From a bacterium (GTDB lineage: Bacteria; Electryoneota; Electryoneia; Electryoneales; Electryoneaceae): DNA of 64,000 bases. The position numbers and the translations under genes were made by a program. The stretch spans positions 3,616,001 to 3,680,000 of the forward strand of contig CAXXKJ010000002.1 in the NCBI GenBank assembly GCA_963675295.2, given 5' to 3'. The notes beneath the pieces are model-generated. The model did no database searches and was not told where the DNA came from. It worked only from the letters and a program-made list of their open reading frames with translations. Positions 47,596-57,955 of the stretch are shown here, in pieces; the stretch's first letter is position 1, and the number at the start of each line of letters is the position of its first letter.

Positions 47596-49263
47596 ATGCG
47601 CCGTAATCTGCTCTGCCTCTCCATTGTATCCCTTTTGTTGACACCATCCCTGCTACCTGCCGACCCGGTGTATTGCTGGAGCACTGAATTTGACCTGACA
47701 CCCGGCTTCATCCGTGATGGTTTCCTCGCCTGGACTGAAACATCAGGTGGTCAGGTTGTGATTGGCGCTGCTTCCGGCGTTCGGGTAGCTCTGTTCAACA
47801 TGCAAGGCGACACTTTGCCCGGTTGGCCAACCACGGAGACCGAGGACTGGTGGGTCACTGCAGGTCCACGATTAGGCGATGTGACCGGCGACGGCGAGCT
47901 CAACGTCGTGGTCATGATGCGCAGCTACTATGCGAATCACGCTCAGCTCCGCGTTTATAATTTCGACGGGACATTACGTGACGAGTTCACGCGTTCATGG
48001 TATGAGGCTCCTCTCCCGACGGCTGGCCATGTGGTACTTGCAGATCTCAACAATGACGGGGTCGACAATGTCGTTTACGCCATGGACAGCGTCTATGCGG
48101 TCGACACGGCGGGACAACAATTACCTGGTTTTCCTCTCCCGATTGCCGGAGCGCGCGGCGGGTTCATGCGCCTCGCCGTCATTCCTGACGATCTCGAACC
48201 CGGCAAAGCGATTGTCACAACCAGCCTGGATTCGATCAATGTGATTGACCTCTCCACGGGACAGAACCTACCCGGCTGGCCGCAACCATTCGAAGATTCG
48301 GGTGGCTTGCAGTCCGCGCCGCTGGTGCTGCCCTATGAGGATGCCTGGGCAATTGCGATGCACACGCCGATGGACGGCCTGCACTTGTGGAACAGCGCGG
48401 GAGACCTGGTCCCACCGTTTCCACGAACCGTCGGCAGTCAACAGGTGTTGGTAGGTGGTTTGTCAGCCACCGACGTCGACGTTGATGGAATCCCCGAAAT
48501 CGTTGCCCAATGGTCAACACTTGATTTGTATGTGGTTCGGCTTACGGGGCAGGATGTGATCGGCTATCCGTGGGAATGGGAAAACCCTTACCATGGCAGC
48601 GGCGTGGATGTTTCCTCGCTTCATGTCGAAGACGAGGCAGCGGTCCGCTTCTTCTTCCCCATCAGTCGTGAGATTGGGGATTATGAGTTTGAGACGGGTG
48701 TGATGTCGTTGGAAGGAAACAACCCGAGTAGCGGTTTTCCAGTGTATTACGACCGGATTGAGCCGTTGCGGACTTTCAATACCACGGCTTTGGTTTGGAC
48801 GGATCGGTCTGATACACTTAGTATTCTGCACATGATGTCGTATGGGCATCTCAGCCGATTTGACCTTGTGTTGCCGGAGGCAGCCGTGAAAGCCCTCTGG
48901 CCGATGCCCTGCGGCAACTCGAAGGGTAACCGGATCTACACGCCACAGCAGTATGTAGATGTGCCAGAGAATACAGCTTCCTCAGTGCAACCGCCACCAA
49001 CGCCCGCGATTCATCAGATCTATCCCAATCCAGCCAACGCTGCAGTGCGGATTGAATTGGAACCGTTCCGGCAGGCTACGGTGACTTTACGCATTTGCAA
49101 TCTGCTGGGTCAGGAAGTTTGGAGTCGGACGGTGCAGAAAAGCGACTTGCTGCTAACCTGGCCGGGGATAGATCTGTCGGGCGCGCCGGTTGCGTCGGGC
49201 CGGTATTTCGCCGTGCTGGCAGGGCAACCCAATAAACCGGTACCATTCACGATACTGCGATAA
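47596..49263 (+). CDS. Secreted FG-GAP-like protein with T9SS/FlgD-type C-terminal domain
   Basis: Signal peptide, DVTGDG/DLNNDG and LPGWP repeats, IYPNPAN..ASGRYF. Confidence 0.8.
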   Translation: MRRNLLCLSIVSLLLTPSLLPADPVYCWSTEFDLTPGFIRDGFLAWTETSGGQVVIGAASGVRVALFNMQGDTLPGWPTTETEDWWVTAGPRLGDVTGDGELNVVVMMRSYYANHAQLRVYNFDGTLRDEFTRSWYEAPLPTAGHVVLADLNNDGVDNVVYAMDSVYAVDTAGQQLPGFPLPIAGARGGFMRLAVIPDDLEPGKAIVTTSLDSINVIDLSTGQNLPGWPQPFEDSGGLQSAPLVLPYEDAWAIAMHTPMDGLHLWNSAGDLVPPFPRTVGSQQVLVGGLSATDVDVDGIPEIVAQWSTLDLYVVRLTGQDVIGYPWEWENPYHGSGVDVSSLHVEDEAAVRFFFPISREIGDYEFETGVMSLEGNNPSSGFPVYYDRIEPLRTFNTTALVWTDRSDTLSILHMMSYGHLSRFDLVLPEAAVKALWPMPCGNSKGNRIYTPQQYVDVPENTASSVQPPPTPAIHQIYPNPANAAVRIELEPFRQATVTLRICNLLGQEVWSRTVQKSDLLLTWPGIDLSGAPVASGRYFAVLAGQPNKPVPFTILR

Positions 49264-49290
49264 CTGGCTTAGGCTTTATCAGACCTGCTG

Positions 49291-49965
49291 CTAGACCTGC
49301 ACTTTTCCATCCACCATTTCGACGACGGTATCGACCCGTTCGAGCAACCGTGGGTCGTGGGATGCGAAGACGAACGACACGCCGAGTTCATTGCGCATCT
49401 CGTTCATCAGGTCGACAATCGCCATCCCGGTGGACCCGTCGAGATTGGCGGTGGGCTCATCCGCGAGCACGATCGGCGGATCTTTCACAAGGGCGCGCGC
49501 GACGGCAATCCGTTGCTGCTGCCCGCCGGAAAGCTGGGTCGGATTCCGATCTTCCATGCCTTTGAGACCAACGCGGCGAAGCATCTCGTACGCACGTTTT
49601 CTTCGTTGCTGAGCGTCAATGTGCGGCAGAATCTCGAGTGGCAACGCGACATTTTCGGCAGCGGTCAACACCGGCACGAGGTTGAACTGCTGGAAGATGA
49701 AGCCGATGCGTTCCCGGCGCAGACGGGTGCGTTCCTTGTCGGACAGGTCGTTCAAGCGTTGCCCGGCGACGGTCACCTCGCCCTGGTCCGGCACATCGAG
49801 TGCGCCGATCATGTTGAGCAGCGTTGTCTTACCTGACCCGGACGGTCCGGCGAGCGCGAGGAACGATGCCGGCGCGATGTCGAGGGTGACATCCCGCAGC
49901 GCCTTCACCCGGCCCTGGTTGTAGGATTTGCTGACATCGTGGACCTGTACCACGGGGCTCTTCAC
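49291..49965 (-). CDS. ABC transporter ATP-binding protein (LolD-like)
   Basis: [25 protein letters not shown]. Confidence 0.95.
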   Translation of the reverse strand: MKSPVVQVHDVSKSYNQGRVKALRDVTLDIAPASFLALAGPSGSGKTTLLNMIGALDVPDQGEVTVAGQRLNDLSDKERTRLRRERIGFIFQQFNLVPVLTAAENVALPLEILPHIDAQQRRKRAYEMLRRVGLKGMEDRNPTQLSGGQQQRIAVARALVKDPPIVLADEPTANLDGSTGMAIVDLMNEMRNELGVSFVFASHDPRLLERVDTVVEMVDGKVQV

Positions 49966-50735
49966 GCGTCTTCGTCCTCCTCGTCCCGGTACTTCATCTC
50001 ATCGAGGCGTTTCTTGATCAACCCTTCGATGTCGAGCATCTGCACGCTGCCGTCCACATAGCTGATCGTGTTCTCACGGATCTGTTCCTTAAGATCCTCG
50101 ATCGCGCGGACGGTCGCGCTGATCACCCGGCACTGACGGCGGGTGACGTCCTTCAGTTTCGCGACCATTTCCGGGTTGTCCACCGGCGTAATCTGCGCGC
50201 CCATTTCGATGCTCGCGACGGCGTTGTTGATGTAATGCGAGATGGTGATCAGCAGGGTTTCGTAGGTACGACGCCGTTCCTGTTCTCCAAGTTTCTCACG
50301 CGCCTCTTGTTCCAACCGTTGCAGCTTGAGCGTGTTGCGGACGCGCGCCACCAGCTCGTTCGGGTTGTACGGCTTGGTGATATAATCGACAGCACCCAGC
50401 TCGAGACCCGCCATCTTCGATTCGATGTCGCTGCTGGCAGTGACGAAAATGACCGGCAGTTCCTCGAATTCCGGCTCCTTGCGCAACTGCTCGAACATGG
50501 TGAAGCCGTCGATGTCCGGCATGCGGATGTCAAGCAGCAACAGGTCCGGCTTGTTCTCGACGACTTTCGCAATGCCCTCGCGTCCGCCACGCGCGGTGAT
50601 GGTGCGATAGCCGGTGCGTTGCAGCGACCGTTCGGCGAGTTCCAGGGCCAACGGTTCGTCATCCACGGCGAGAATGAGTGCGTCTTCCGGAGCGTCCAGG
50701 TTCGGGTTCTGGGTGCGCGGTTGTCCTGTCGTCAT
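49962..50735 (-). CDS. Response regulator with C-terminal HisKA-like helix and no ATPase domain
   Basis: AVDDE, LLDIRMP, DYITKP; ISHYINNAV H-box-like segment. Confidence 0.85.
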   Translation of the reverse strand: MTTGQPRTQNPNLDAPEDALILAVDDEPLALELAERSLQRTGYRTITARGGREGIAKVVENKPDLLLLDIRMPDIDGFTMFEQLRKEPEFEELPVIFVTASSDIESKMAGLELGAVDYITKPYNPNELVARVRNTLKLQRLEQEAREKLGEQERRRTYETLLITISHYINNAVASIEMGAQITPVDNPEMVAKLKDVTRRQCRVISATVRAIEDLKEQIRENTISYVDGSVQMLDIEGLIKKRLDEMKYRDEEDEDA

Positions 50736-50978
50736 GCGGCCTCAAGAGGTGTGGTGGTCCACAGTTGTCTGAACAGTTATTACCAGGAGGAAGGTAGGCG
50801 AAACGGCCGGAGAAGACAAGGATAGCGCCCTTGCTTCGGTGCTGGGTTGGTACGTTAAAACAGGGTCAACCGCACCGCCGTCCCGTCTTCTTCCGACCCA
50901 ACTTGACTGATAACCTTGCATTCGGCACACACCTGACGCTACACTCCATGCAGGGACACCGTCCAGGGGGACATCGCT

Positions 50979-52199
50979 ATGAAGCGGATCGCCAGCCTCA
51001 CGCTCTTCGGCCTGCTTGCATTTGCCTTCGCCGCATTCGCCACACCCCCTGTAGCCACTCCTTCGTTCGGTCAGACATGGGAAGACACCGAAGGCGAAGT
51101 GGTCCTCAACTACCACGACGACGACGGTGACCTTGCCACGGAATGCAATGTGTTCCTCGTGGACGGCGGAACGGTGCTCGAAACGTCGGTTGTGGAGGGT
51201 GTCTGCACGGTCACGATCATGCCTGACCTGAACAACGATGTGAACGTGACCGGTCTATTCAATGTGGTCGCGGGTGGCGAGGTGTCCAATGATGCCACGT
51301 TCACACTTGACCTTATCGATGTGAACGATCCGCCGGTGATTATTTCTGAACCGCCATTGACTGGCCAGTTTGGAGAGTTCTGGATTTATCAGTTGATCGT
51401 TGATGATCCGGAAGATGACTACCTCCATTATGAGTTGAGGAGCGATGTTTATTGGGGACCTGATATGGGTGATATTGATCAGGAGGGTCTTATTGAATGG
51501 GGTGCCACAGTTCGTGGTCCTATTGAAGTGACGGTTACAGTCACAGATGATGGCTGGACAAATGACATACCTGAACCGCAATTCACTCAGCAGGTGTTTA
51601 CGATTATTATTCAACCCTGTATCACGTACTATGAGTTTGACAACTCTGACCCGCAGTTCGGGGTCTTGAGTGGCTGGTGGGGTACAATTGACCTGCCTCT
51701 GGCTATTAATGGTTCAGTTCGATTTCACCCACCTGCTTATCACCTGCGCGCTGGCTGGCGTGTCGACCAGGTGGTTGAACCTGGCATTTATGATATCTAT
51801 ACCTGGCGCTTCCCCACCGGTCATGATCAGATTCTGGCAGAGATATTTTGTTATGGGTATTATTATGCACTTGGTTATGTTGCATTCTGTGGTCATCCTC
51901 AGGATATGACGCACGGTCAATGGATGTGCATTGGCAGACTGCCAATTGATCCCACCATTCCGCAGGGCGTAGTCTTGATGAGCATGATTGGCGGTTATGT
52001 CTACATCGATGCTGTAAGATATATCAAGGTGAATGAGTGGCCGACGACAGATGATTCAATTCTCGACGAGATCGGTTTTGATGGCATCCCCGGCGGCGTC
52101 GTTGAATCTGATTCGCTGGCGATACCCAATGAGCTACTTCTTATCAATCCCACTGCTGCCGACAAAAAGTTTGTCAAGCCAGTGAAGTCGAACGATTAG
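50979..52199 (+). CDS. Secreted protein with cadherin/Ig-like and probable carbohydrate-binding (golvesin-like) domains
   Basis: Signal peptide, DVNDPPVIIS, DDPED, DNSDP..GWW..IDAVRY. Confidence 0.65.
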   Translation: MKRIASLTLFGLLAFAFAAFATPPVATPSFGQTWEDTEGEVVLNYHDDDGDLATECNVFLVDGGTVLETSVVEGVCTVTIMPDLNNDVNVTGLFNVVAGGEVSNDATFTLDLIDVNDPPVIISEPPLTGQFGEFWIYQLIVDDPEDDYLHYELRSDVYWGPDMGDIDQEGLIEWGATVRGPIEVTVTVTDDGWTNDIPEPQFTQQVFTIIIQPCITYYEFDNSDPQFGVLSGWWGTIDLPLAINGSVRFHPPAYHLRAGWRVDQVVEPGIYDIYTWRFPTGHDQILAEIFCYGYYYALGYVAFCGHPQDMTHGQWMCIGRLPIDPTIPQGVVLMSMIGGYVYIDAVRYIKVNEWPTTDDSILDEIGFDGIPGGVVESDSLAIPNELLLINPTAADKKFVKPVKSND

Positions 52200-52211
52200 G
52201 GTCGGAATCCA

Positions 52212-53456
52212 CTACGCCGCAAACAACGAATACACGCGTTGCAGGGAATCGGCGAGGGCGTCGATGTCGTCGGTGGTGTTGTAGAGGTAGGCGCTGGCGC
52301 GGACGGTGGACGAGCAACCGAACGCTTCGACCAGCGGTTGCGCGCAGTGGTGGCCGGTGCGGACGGCGATCCCGTCGGCGTCGAGCATCTGCGCGATGTC
52401 GTCCGGGTAGACGCCGTGCACGTTGAACGAAAACACGGCGGTGCGGTTGCCGGCGTCCGGCGGACCGTACAGGGTGAGGAAGGGTAGCGCGCCCAGTTTT
52501 GTCAGGGCGTATTCGGACAGCTCACGTTCATGCGCGGCAATGGCATCCATGCCGACGGCGTCGAGATAGTCGAGCGCCTTGTGGAAGGCGATGACGCCGG
52601 CGATGTGCGGCGTGCCCGCCTCGAACTTGTGCGGCAGGCCGGCGTAGGAGACGTCGAACCAACTGACGTGCTGAATCATCTCGCCGCCGGTCATCCACGG
52701 TTCCATCGAATCCAGCAGATCGTACTTGCCGTACAGCACCCCGACCCCGGTCGGTCCGCACATCTTGTGCGCGGAAAAAGCGTAGAAGTCAGCGTCGAGA
52801 TCCTGCATATCAACGGGCAGGTGTGGCGCGGCCTGGGCGCCGTCGACAACGACTTTCGCTCCGATTGCATGCGCACGCTGGGCGATCTCACGGATCGGGT
52901 TCACGGTTCCCAGCACATTCGACGCATGCCCCACCGCAACCAGCTTCGTGTTCGGCGTCAGGGACTTCTCAAGTGACTTGAAGTCAAGCCGGTACTCGGA
53001 GTCATAGTCGATGTATGCGAGCTCGATACCGTGCGATTTCGCTAAACGAATCCATGGAACCAGGTTCGCGTGATGTTCCATCCGTGTCACGACAATCCGG
53101 TCGCCCTTGCCGACATTCTGCTCCGCCCAGCAACGGGCGACAATGTTCAACGCCTCAGTGGTGCCACGAGTAAAAACGATCTCCTCCCGGCGGTTCGCGT
53201 TGATCCAGCTTGCGACACGATTACGGGTGCGTTCGAATGCAGCGGTGGTTTCGTTGGCGAGGGTATGCGCGGACCGGTGGACATTGGCGTGCAGAGTCTG
53301 CCCGACTTCACGTTCCCGGTCGATCACCTGCCGGGGCCGTTGCGCCGACGCCGCGCTGTCGAGATAGACGAGCGGATTCCCGTGCACCTGCCGCTGCAGG
53401 ATCGGGAAATCCTCACGCAGGACGCGCGGATCGAATGTCAGGGTTTCAGTCTGCAT
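52212..53456 (-). CDS. sufS: Cysteine desulfurase SufS
   Basis: YLDSAAS, EHHANLVPW, DGAQ, SAHKMCGPTG, RTGHHCAQP. Confidence 0.96.
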   Translation of the reverse strand: MQTETLTFDPRVLREDFPILQRQVHGNPLVYLDSAASAQRPRQVIDREREVGQTLHANVHRSAHTLANETTAAFERTRNRVASWINANRREEIVFTRGTTEALNIVARCWAEQNVGKGDRIVVTRMEHHANLVPWIRLAKSHGIELAYIDYDSEYRLDFKSLEKSLTPNTKLVAVGHASNVLGTVNPIREIAQRAHAIGAKVVVDGAQAAPHLPVDMQDLDADFYAFSAHKMCGPTGVGVLYGKYDLLDSMEPWMTGGEMIQHVSWFDVSYAGLPHKFEAGTPHIAGVIAFHKALDYLDAVGMDAIAAHERELSEYALTKLGALPFLTLYGPPDAGNRTAVFSFNVHGVYPDDIAQMLDADGIAVRTGHHCAQPLVEAFGCSSTVRASAYLYNTTDDIDALADSLQRVYSLFAA

Positions 53457-53471
53457 CACACACTCTCTCTC

Positions 53472-53734
53472 AACCACGGAATACACGGAATAAACGGAAA
53501 ACAGAGAAAGACTTTTGAACCGCGAAAGAAGCGAAAGGGACGAAAAACACTTTTTTGGCTAAAGGATTAACTGCAAAACCAATCATGGTAGTAGACTAGG
53601 TTTATAATCATATACAATCATTATATTCTTCTTTTTTAGCATTTATTTCGCTCTTTTCGCTGCTTTCGCGGTTCCAAATAAGTGTCTTTTGCAGTTTCCA
53701 ATCAGTTTCCGTGTTTTCCGTGTATTCCGTGGTT
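53472..53734. repeat. Two nested inverted-repeat pairs built of nonamers around an AT-rich core
   Basis: Outer 53472-53500 / 53706-53734 (27 of 29 complementary); inner 53517-53545 / 53646-53674. Confidence 0.9.
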
Positions 53735-53745
53735 CAACAAGTAGT

Positions 53746-54057
53746 TCACACCGCGACGAAGATGCGGCCGTTCTCGACCTTGGTTTCGAACGTGCTCAGG
53801 CCGAAGACAGCGGGCATGCGGGTCACCGACCCATCGCGCAGGTCGAACCGGGCGCCGTGACGGTGGCAGATGATCTCGTGATCGTCCACCTCTTCCCCGT
53901 CCAAGTCGCCGCCGTCATGCGTACAGTACGGGCTGACCGCACGGATTTCGCCTTCGTCGTTGGCCAGCAGTACACGCTTGCTGCCGGCTTCCACAATCAT
54001 CGTCTTGTTTTCCGGCAGGTCGTCAACTGCCATCACATCCACGAATTCAGCCGCCAT
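53746..54057 (-). CDS. Rieske-type ferredoxin
   Basis: CTH..G and CHRHG.RFD..DG. Confidence 0.92.
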   Translation of the reverse strand: MAAEFVDVMAVDDLPENKTMIVEAGSKRVLLANDEGEIRAVSPYCTHDGGDLDGEEVDDHEIICHRHGARFDLRDGSVTRMPAVFGLSTFETKVENGRIFVAV

Positions 54058-55273
54058 GACGGCTATCCCCCATCAGTTTGTTCAACAAGGCCTCGCGGCC
54101 GGTTTCGACATATCCCTTCGGCAGGCGCTCGAGCACTGCCTCGTAATACCCGGCGAGGATGATGCGCATCGCTTCATCCCGGTTGATGCCACGGCTTTCG
54201 AAGTAGAACAACTGCTCTTCCTCGAGCGGGCCGACAGTCACCCCGTGCGAGCATTTGACGTCATCGTTAACGATTTCCAGTTCCGGGATCGACTCAACGT
54301 GCGCCGTATCGCTCAGCAGCAGGTTTCGGTTCTCCTGGTACGCTTCGCAGATGGCGGCGTCTTCGTCGATGGCGATCAGGCCGGTGTAGGCGGACATCGA
54401 CGAATCGCGCAACGCCACCTTGTATAGCAGGTCGGAGAAGGATTCACCAGACGTGTGCTGGTGGCGGGTGTGCATATCGAAGTGCTGCTCTTTGTCGCCC
54501 AGCAGCAGGCCGGACCAGCGGCTCGACGCGCCACGTCCCGACAGCAGTGTCGACCAGTTGATCTTGGCGATGCCGGCGTTCAACGACAGCCCGGTGCTCT
54601 GCAGATCGACATCGCGGCCGACCTTGTTCCGCTGTGTCAGGAACAACGTCTGGTTGTCCGGCAGATTGACGGTCGTCGCGAACTTGACACGCGCGGCGTC
54701 TTTGGCGATCACCTCGACCACAGAGTTGATCTGGCCGTGAATGCCGGACTCACCGGTGTATTCGTCCACAATCGACACTTCGGCGTTCTTGCCGGCGATG
54801 ACCAGCAGCCGTGTAGCGAACAGACCGCCGTCGGTAGAACGGCGCAGGTGGATCGGCGCCTCGAACTCGGCGTTGTCCGGGATGATCAGCACCCAGCCAA
54901 GCCGTGAGGCGGCGAAGTTGAACGCTTCGAACGTGTCAAAGGTCGGGCCGACCAACGAGCCGAGATGCTGCTGCAGCAGGTCGGCATGGGTGTCGGCGGC
55001 TTCCTCGAGCTCGAGCAACTGTACGCCGGCATCAGTCGCCTCGGCGGGCAGATCGCCCTCGAGCGAACCGGTGATCGCGGCAGAATCAAACTCTTCTGTC
55101 GGCACGAACACTCGCGGATCGGTGTAGCGCCAGAGGTGCTTTACCCGGTCCGGCAGCGGCATCGTGGCATAGGATTCCCACGCCAGCTTGCGCTGTTGGT
55201 ACAGCCAGTTCGCTTCACCGTCCAACGGGAGGCGGAACTCGGCGGTCCTGGTATCTATCGTTGTGTTGTTCAT
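54047..55273 (-). CDS. sufD: Fe-S cluster assembly protein SufD
   Basis: WRYTD, QENRNLLLS, PELEIVNDDVKCSHG, FYFESRGI. Confidence 0.93.
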   Translation of the reverse strand: MNNTTIDTRTAEFRLPLDGEANWLYQQRKLAWESYATMPLPDRVKHLWRYTDPRVFVPTEEFDSAAITGSLEGDLPAEATDAGVQLLELEEAADTHADLLQQHLGSLVGPTFDTFEAFNFAASRLGWVLIIPDNAEFEAPIHLRRSTDGGLFATRLLVIAGKNAEVSIVDEYTGESGIHGQINSVVEVIAKDAARVKFATTVNLPDNQTLFLTQRNKVGRDVDLQSTGLSLNAGIAKINWSTLLSGRGASSRWSGLLLGDKEQHFDMHTRHQHTSGESFSDLLYKVALRDSSMSAYTGLIAIDEDAAICEAYQENRNLLLSDTAHVESIPELEIVNDDVKCSHGVTVGPLEEEQLFYFESRGINRDEAMRIILAGYYEAVLERLPKGYVETGREALLNKLMGDSRHGG

Positions 55274-55299
55274 GGTCTCAGTTCTGTTGTGTATCAGTT

Positions 55300-55401
55300 G
55301 GGACAGTTACTCCGTTAAGTGTCCCTTCTACTCGGGGACACTTTGGGGACAAAGTGTCCCCAGTGTGTTGCAACAGTCCGCCGCCCGCAGTCCGCAGTCC
55401 G
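55300..55401. repeat. Two GGGACA..TGTCCC palindromes (55300-55325, 55334-55361) plus heptamer CAGTCCG x4 (55374-55401) abutting the sufB stop
   Basis: The same palindrome pair recurs at 57828-57945. Confidence 0.85.
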
Positions 55402-56880
55402 TTACCCGACACTCCCTTCCATCTCGAGTTCGATCAGGCGGTTGAGTTCGACGGCGTATTCCATCGGCAATTCCTTGACGAACGGGTTGAGGAAGCCGTT
55501 AACGATCAACAGGCGCGCCTCATCCTCGCTCAGCCCACGGCTGGTCAGGTAGAACACCTGTTCTTCCGCGACCTTGGACACCGACGCCTCGTGCTCGATG
55601 GAAACCTTCTCATTGTCGATTTCCATCGTCGGATAGGTGTCCGTGCGCGACTTGTCATCCAGCAGCAGCGCGTCACACTCGACGTTCACCTTGCTGTTGA
55701 TCGCATTCGGGTACGCCTTGACGAGACCGCGATAAGACGACCGTCCGCCATCCTTGGAGATGGACTTCGCGGTGATGCGGCTGGACGTGTTCGGCGCAGC
55801 GTGGATTACCTTGGCACCGCTGTCCTGATGCTGGCCGTTGCCAGCGAACGCGACAGTCAGAATCTCACCCTTCGCGCCCTCACCAACGAGGTTGATGCAC
55901 GGGAACTTCATCGTCAGCTTCGAGCCGATGTTGCCGTCTACCCATTCAACGACAGAATTCTTGTGCGCCATCGCGCGTTTGGTCACCAGGTTGTAGATGT
56001 TCGGTGCCCAGTTCTGGATAGTGGTGTAACGGATGTAAGCATCATCCAGCGAAATCAGCTCAACGACCGCCGAATGGAGCGAGTTCGAAGTGTATACCGG
56101 CGCGGTGCAGCCCTCGATGTAGTGAACACGCGCGCCCTTGTCGGCGATGATCAACGTGCGCTCGAACTGGCCCATGTTCTCCGCGTTGATGCGGAAATAG
56201 GCCTGCAGCGGGACCGAGACGTCCACACCCGGTGGCACGTAGATGAACGATCCGCCGGACCAGACGGCCGAGTTTAGCGCGGAGAATTTGTTGTCCTCCG
56301 GCGGAATCACGGTCGCGAAGTACTTTTTCACGATGTCTTCGTGCTCACGCAGGCCGGAGTCCATATCCATGAAGATGACGCCCATGTCCGTGAGCTCCTG
56401 CTTCACGTTGTGGTACACCACCTCGGATTCGTACTGCGCCGACACACCCGCGAGGAATTTGCGTTCCGCTTCTGGAACACCGAGCCGGTCGAACGTTTTC
56501 TTGATGTTCTCCGGGACATCATCCCAGGTTCGGCCCTGGAATTCCGCCGGCTTGATGTAGTAGTAGATGTCATCGAAGTCGATCTCGTTGAGCAGCTTGG
56601 TGTTGCCCCAACGTGGCATCGGCTTGGCGTAGAAGGTGTCGAGAGCCTTGTGACGGAAGTCCCGCATCCACTGCGGTTCCTTCTTCATCAGGCTCATCAT
56701 CTCGACCACCTCATGATTCAGGCCCTTCGCGCCCTTGTGGAAGTATTCTTCCGGGTCGTGGAAACCGTACTTCGTGAGGTAGTCCGATCCGATCTGGCGC
56801 AATTCGGCGTTCTGTTCCGGCTCGCCGGGCTTCGCGCCGTTTTCGGTCTGTATCGTATCTGGATGCAGTAGTTCTGCCAT
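55402..56880 (-). CDS. sufB: Fe-S cluster assembly protein SufB
   Basis: [44 protein letters not shown]. Confidence 0.98.
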   Translation of the reverse strand: MAELLHPDTIQTENGAKPGEPEQNAELRQIGSDYLTKYGFHDPEEYFHKGAKGLNHEVVEMMSLMKKEPQWMRDFRHKALDTFYAKPMPRWGNTKLLNEIDFDDIYYYIKPAEFQGRTWDDVPENIKKTFDRLGVPEAERKFLAGVSAQYESEVVYHNVKQELTDMGVIFMDMDSGLREHEDIVKKYFATVIPPEDNKFSALNSAVWSGGSFIYVPPGVDVSVPLQAYFRINAENMGQFERTLIIADKGARVHYIEGCTAPVYTSNSLHSAVVELISLDDAYIRYTTIQNWAPNIYNLVTKRAMAHKNSVVEWVDGNIGSKLTMKFPCINLVGEGAKGEILTVAFAGNGQHQDSGAKVIHAAPNTSSRITAKSISKDGGRSSYRGLVKAYPNAINSKVNVECDALLLDDKSRTDTYPTMEIDNEKVSIEHEASVSKVAEEQVFYLTSRGLSEDEARLLIVNGFLNPFVKELPMEYAVELNRLIELEMEGSVG

Positions 56881-56896
56881 GGTAAATTCCTCAAAG

Positions 56897-57012
56897 TCAG
56901 TTTTGAGTTGTGAGTTGTGAGCTGTGAGTCAGAACCCGATGACGCCCAGTAAATCCAGCAATCACAGTACAGGTTTTCAACTCACCACTCATCACTCGTT
57001 ACTCACAACTGA
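56897..57012. repeat. Inverted heptamer arms (GTGAGTT)n ... (AACTCAC)n around a 48-bp spacer
   Basis: 56897-56930 vs 56979-57012; ends 3 bp from the sufC stop. Confidence 0.85.
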
Positions 57013-57015
57013 AGC

Positions 57016-57780
57016 TCACGCCGCGACGGCTTCTTCCTTGAGCCAGTCGTAGCCGAGATCTTCCAGCTTGTGCGCGAGTTCCGGGCCACCGCTCTGCACG
57101 ATCCTACCGTTCATCAGCACGTGCACATGGTCCGGCTTGACGTAGTTCAGGATGCGCTGGTAGTGGGTGACCATCAGGACGGCATTGTCGTCCCCGGCGA
57201 CCGCGTTGACACCCTTGCTGACAATCTTCAGCGCGTCGATGTCGAGGCCGGAGTCGGTTTCGTCGAGGATCGCGACCTTCGGCTTCAGCATCGCCATCTG
57301 CAGGATTTCGAAACGCTTCTTCTCACCACCGGAAAAACCGTCGTTGACAAACCGGTCGGCGAATTCCTTCTTCATCTCGAGCAGCTCGAAGGCGGCGTTG
57401 AGATCCTTGCGGAACTGGCGCAACGCGTCCGCGGAATCACCGTGACGGGCCTTCATCGCGGAACGCATGAACGCGGTCACACTCACGCCCGGTACCGCCA
57501 TCGGATACTGGAACGCGAGGAACAGACCGGCGAGTGCACGCTCGGTGGCGTCCATCTCAAGCAGATCTTCGCCGTCGATCTTGACCGATCCGGAGGTGAT
57601 CTCGTAGGCCGGATGTCCGGCGATTGCGTTCGCCATGGACGATTTGCCGGACCCGTTCGGGCCCATGATCGCGTGCTTCTCACCACGGTTGAGCGTCAAC
57701 GAGACGCCCTTCAATACTTCCACCCCTTCGACCGTGACATGCAGGTCGTTGATCTCGAGCAGGGGGACCTTGTTACTCAT
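57016..57780 (-). CDS. sufC: Fe-S cluster assembly ATPase SufC
   Basis: GPNGSGKS, FLAFQYP, FSGGEKKR, LDETDSGLDIDAL, THYQR. Confidence 0.98.
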   Translation of the reverse strand: MSNKVPLLEINDLHVTVEGVEVLKGVSLTLNRGEKHAIMGPNGSGKSSMANAIAGHPAYEITSGSVKIDGEDLLEMDATERALAGLFLAFQYPMAVPGVSVTAFMRSAMKARHGDSADALRQFRKDLNAAFELLEMKKEFADRFVNDGFSGGEKKRFEILQMAMLKPKVAILDETDSGLDIDALKIVSKGVNAVAGDDNAVLMVTHYQRILNYVKPDHVHVLMNGRIVQSGGPELAHKLEDLGYDWLKEEAVAA

Positions 57781-57827
57781 GCTGCGTACTCCGTTCTATC
57801 GTTATCGTTTTGATGTTTAAGCCTCTT

Positions 57828-57945
57828 ACGGGGACACTTACTCCGTTAAGTGTCCCCGTTTGAAACCGTTCCCCGGGAAACTATGGAGACGACGTGTCAC
57901 CGGGTAAATCCATGATTGGGGACACTTTGGGGACGAAGTGTCCCC
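57828..57945. repeat. Second copy of the GGGGACACTT..AAGTGTCCCC palindrome pair
   Basis: 57828-57859 and 57918-57945. Confidence 0.85.
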
Positions 57946-57955
57946 TCTCTCAGCT

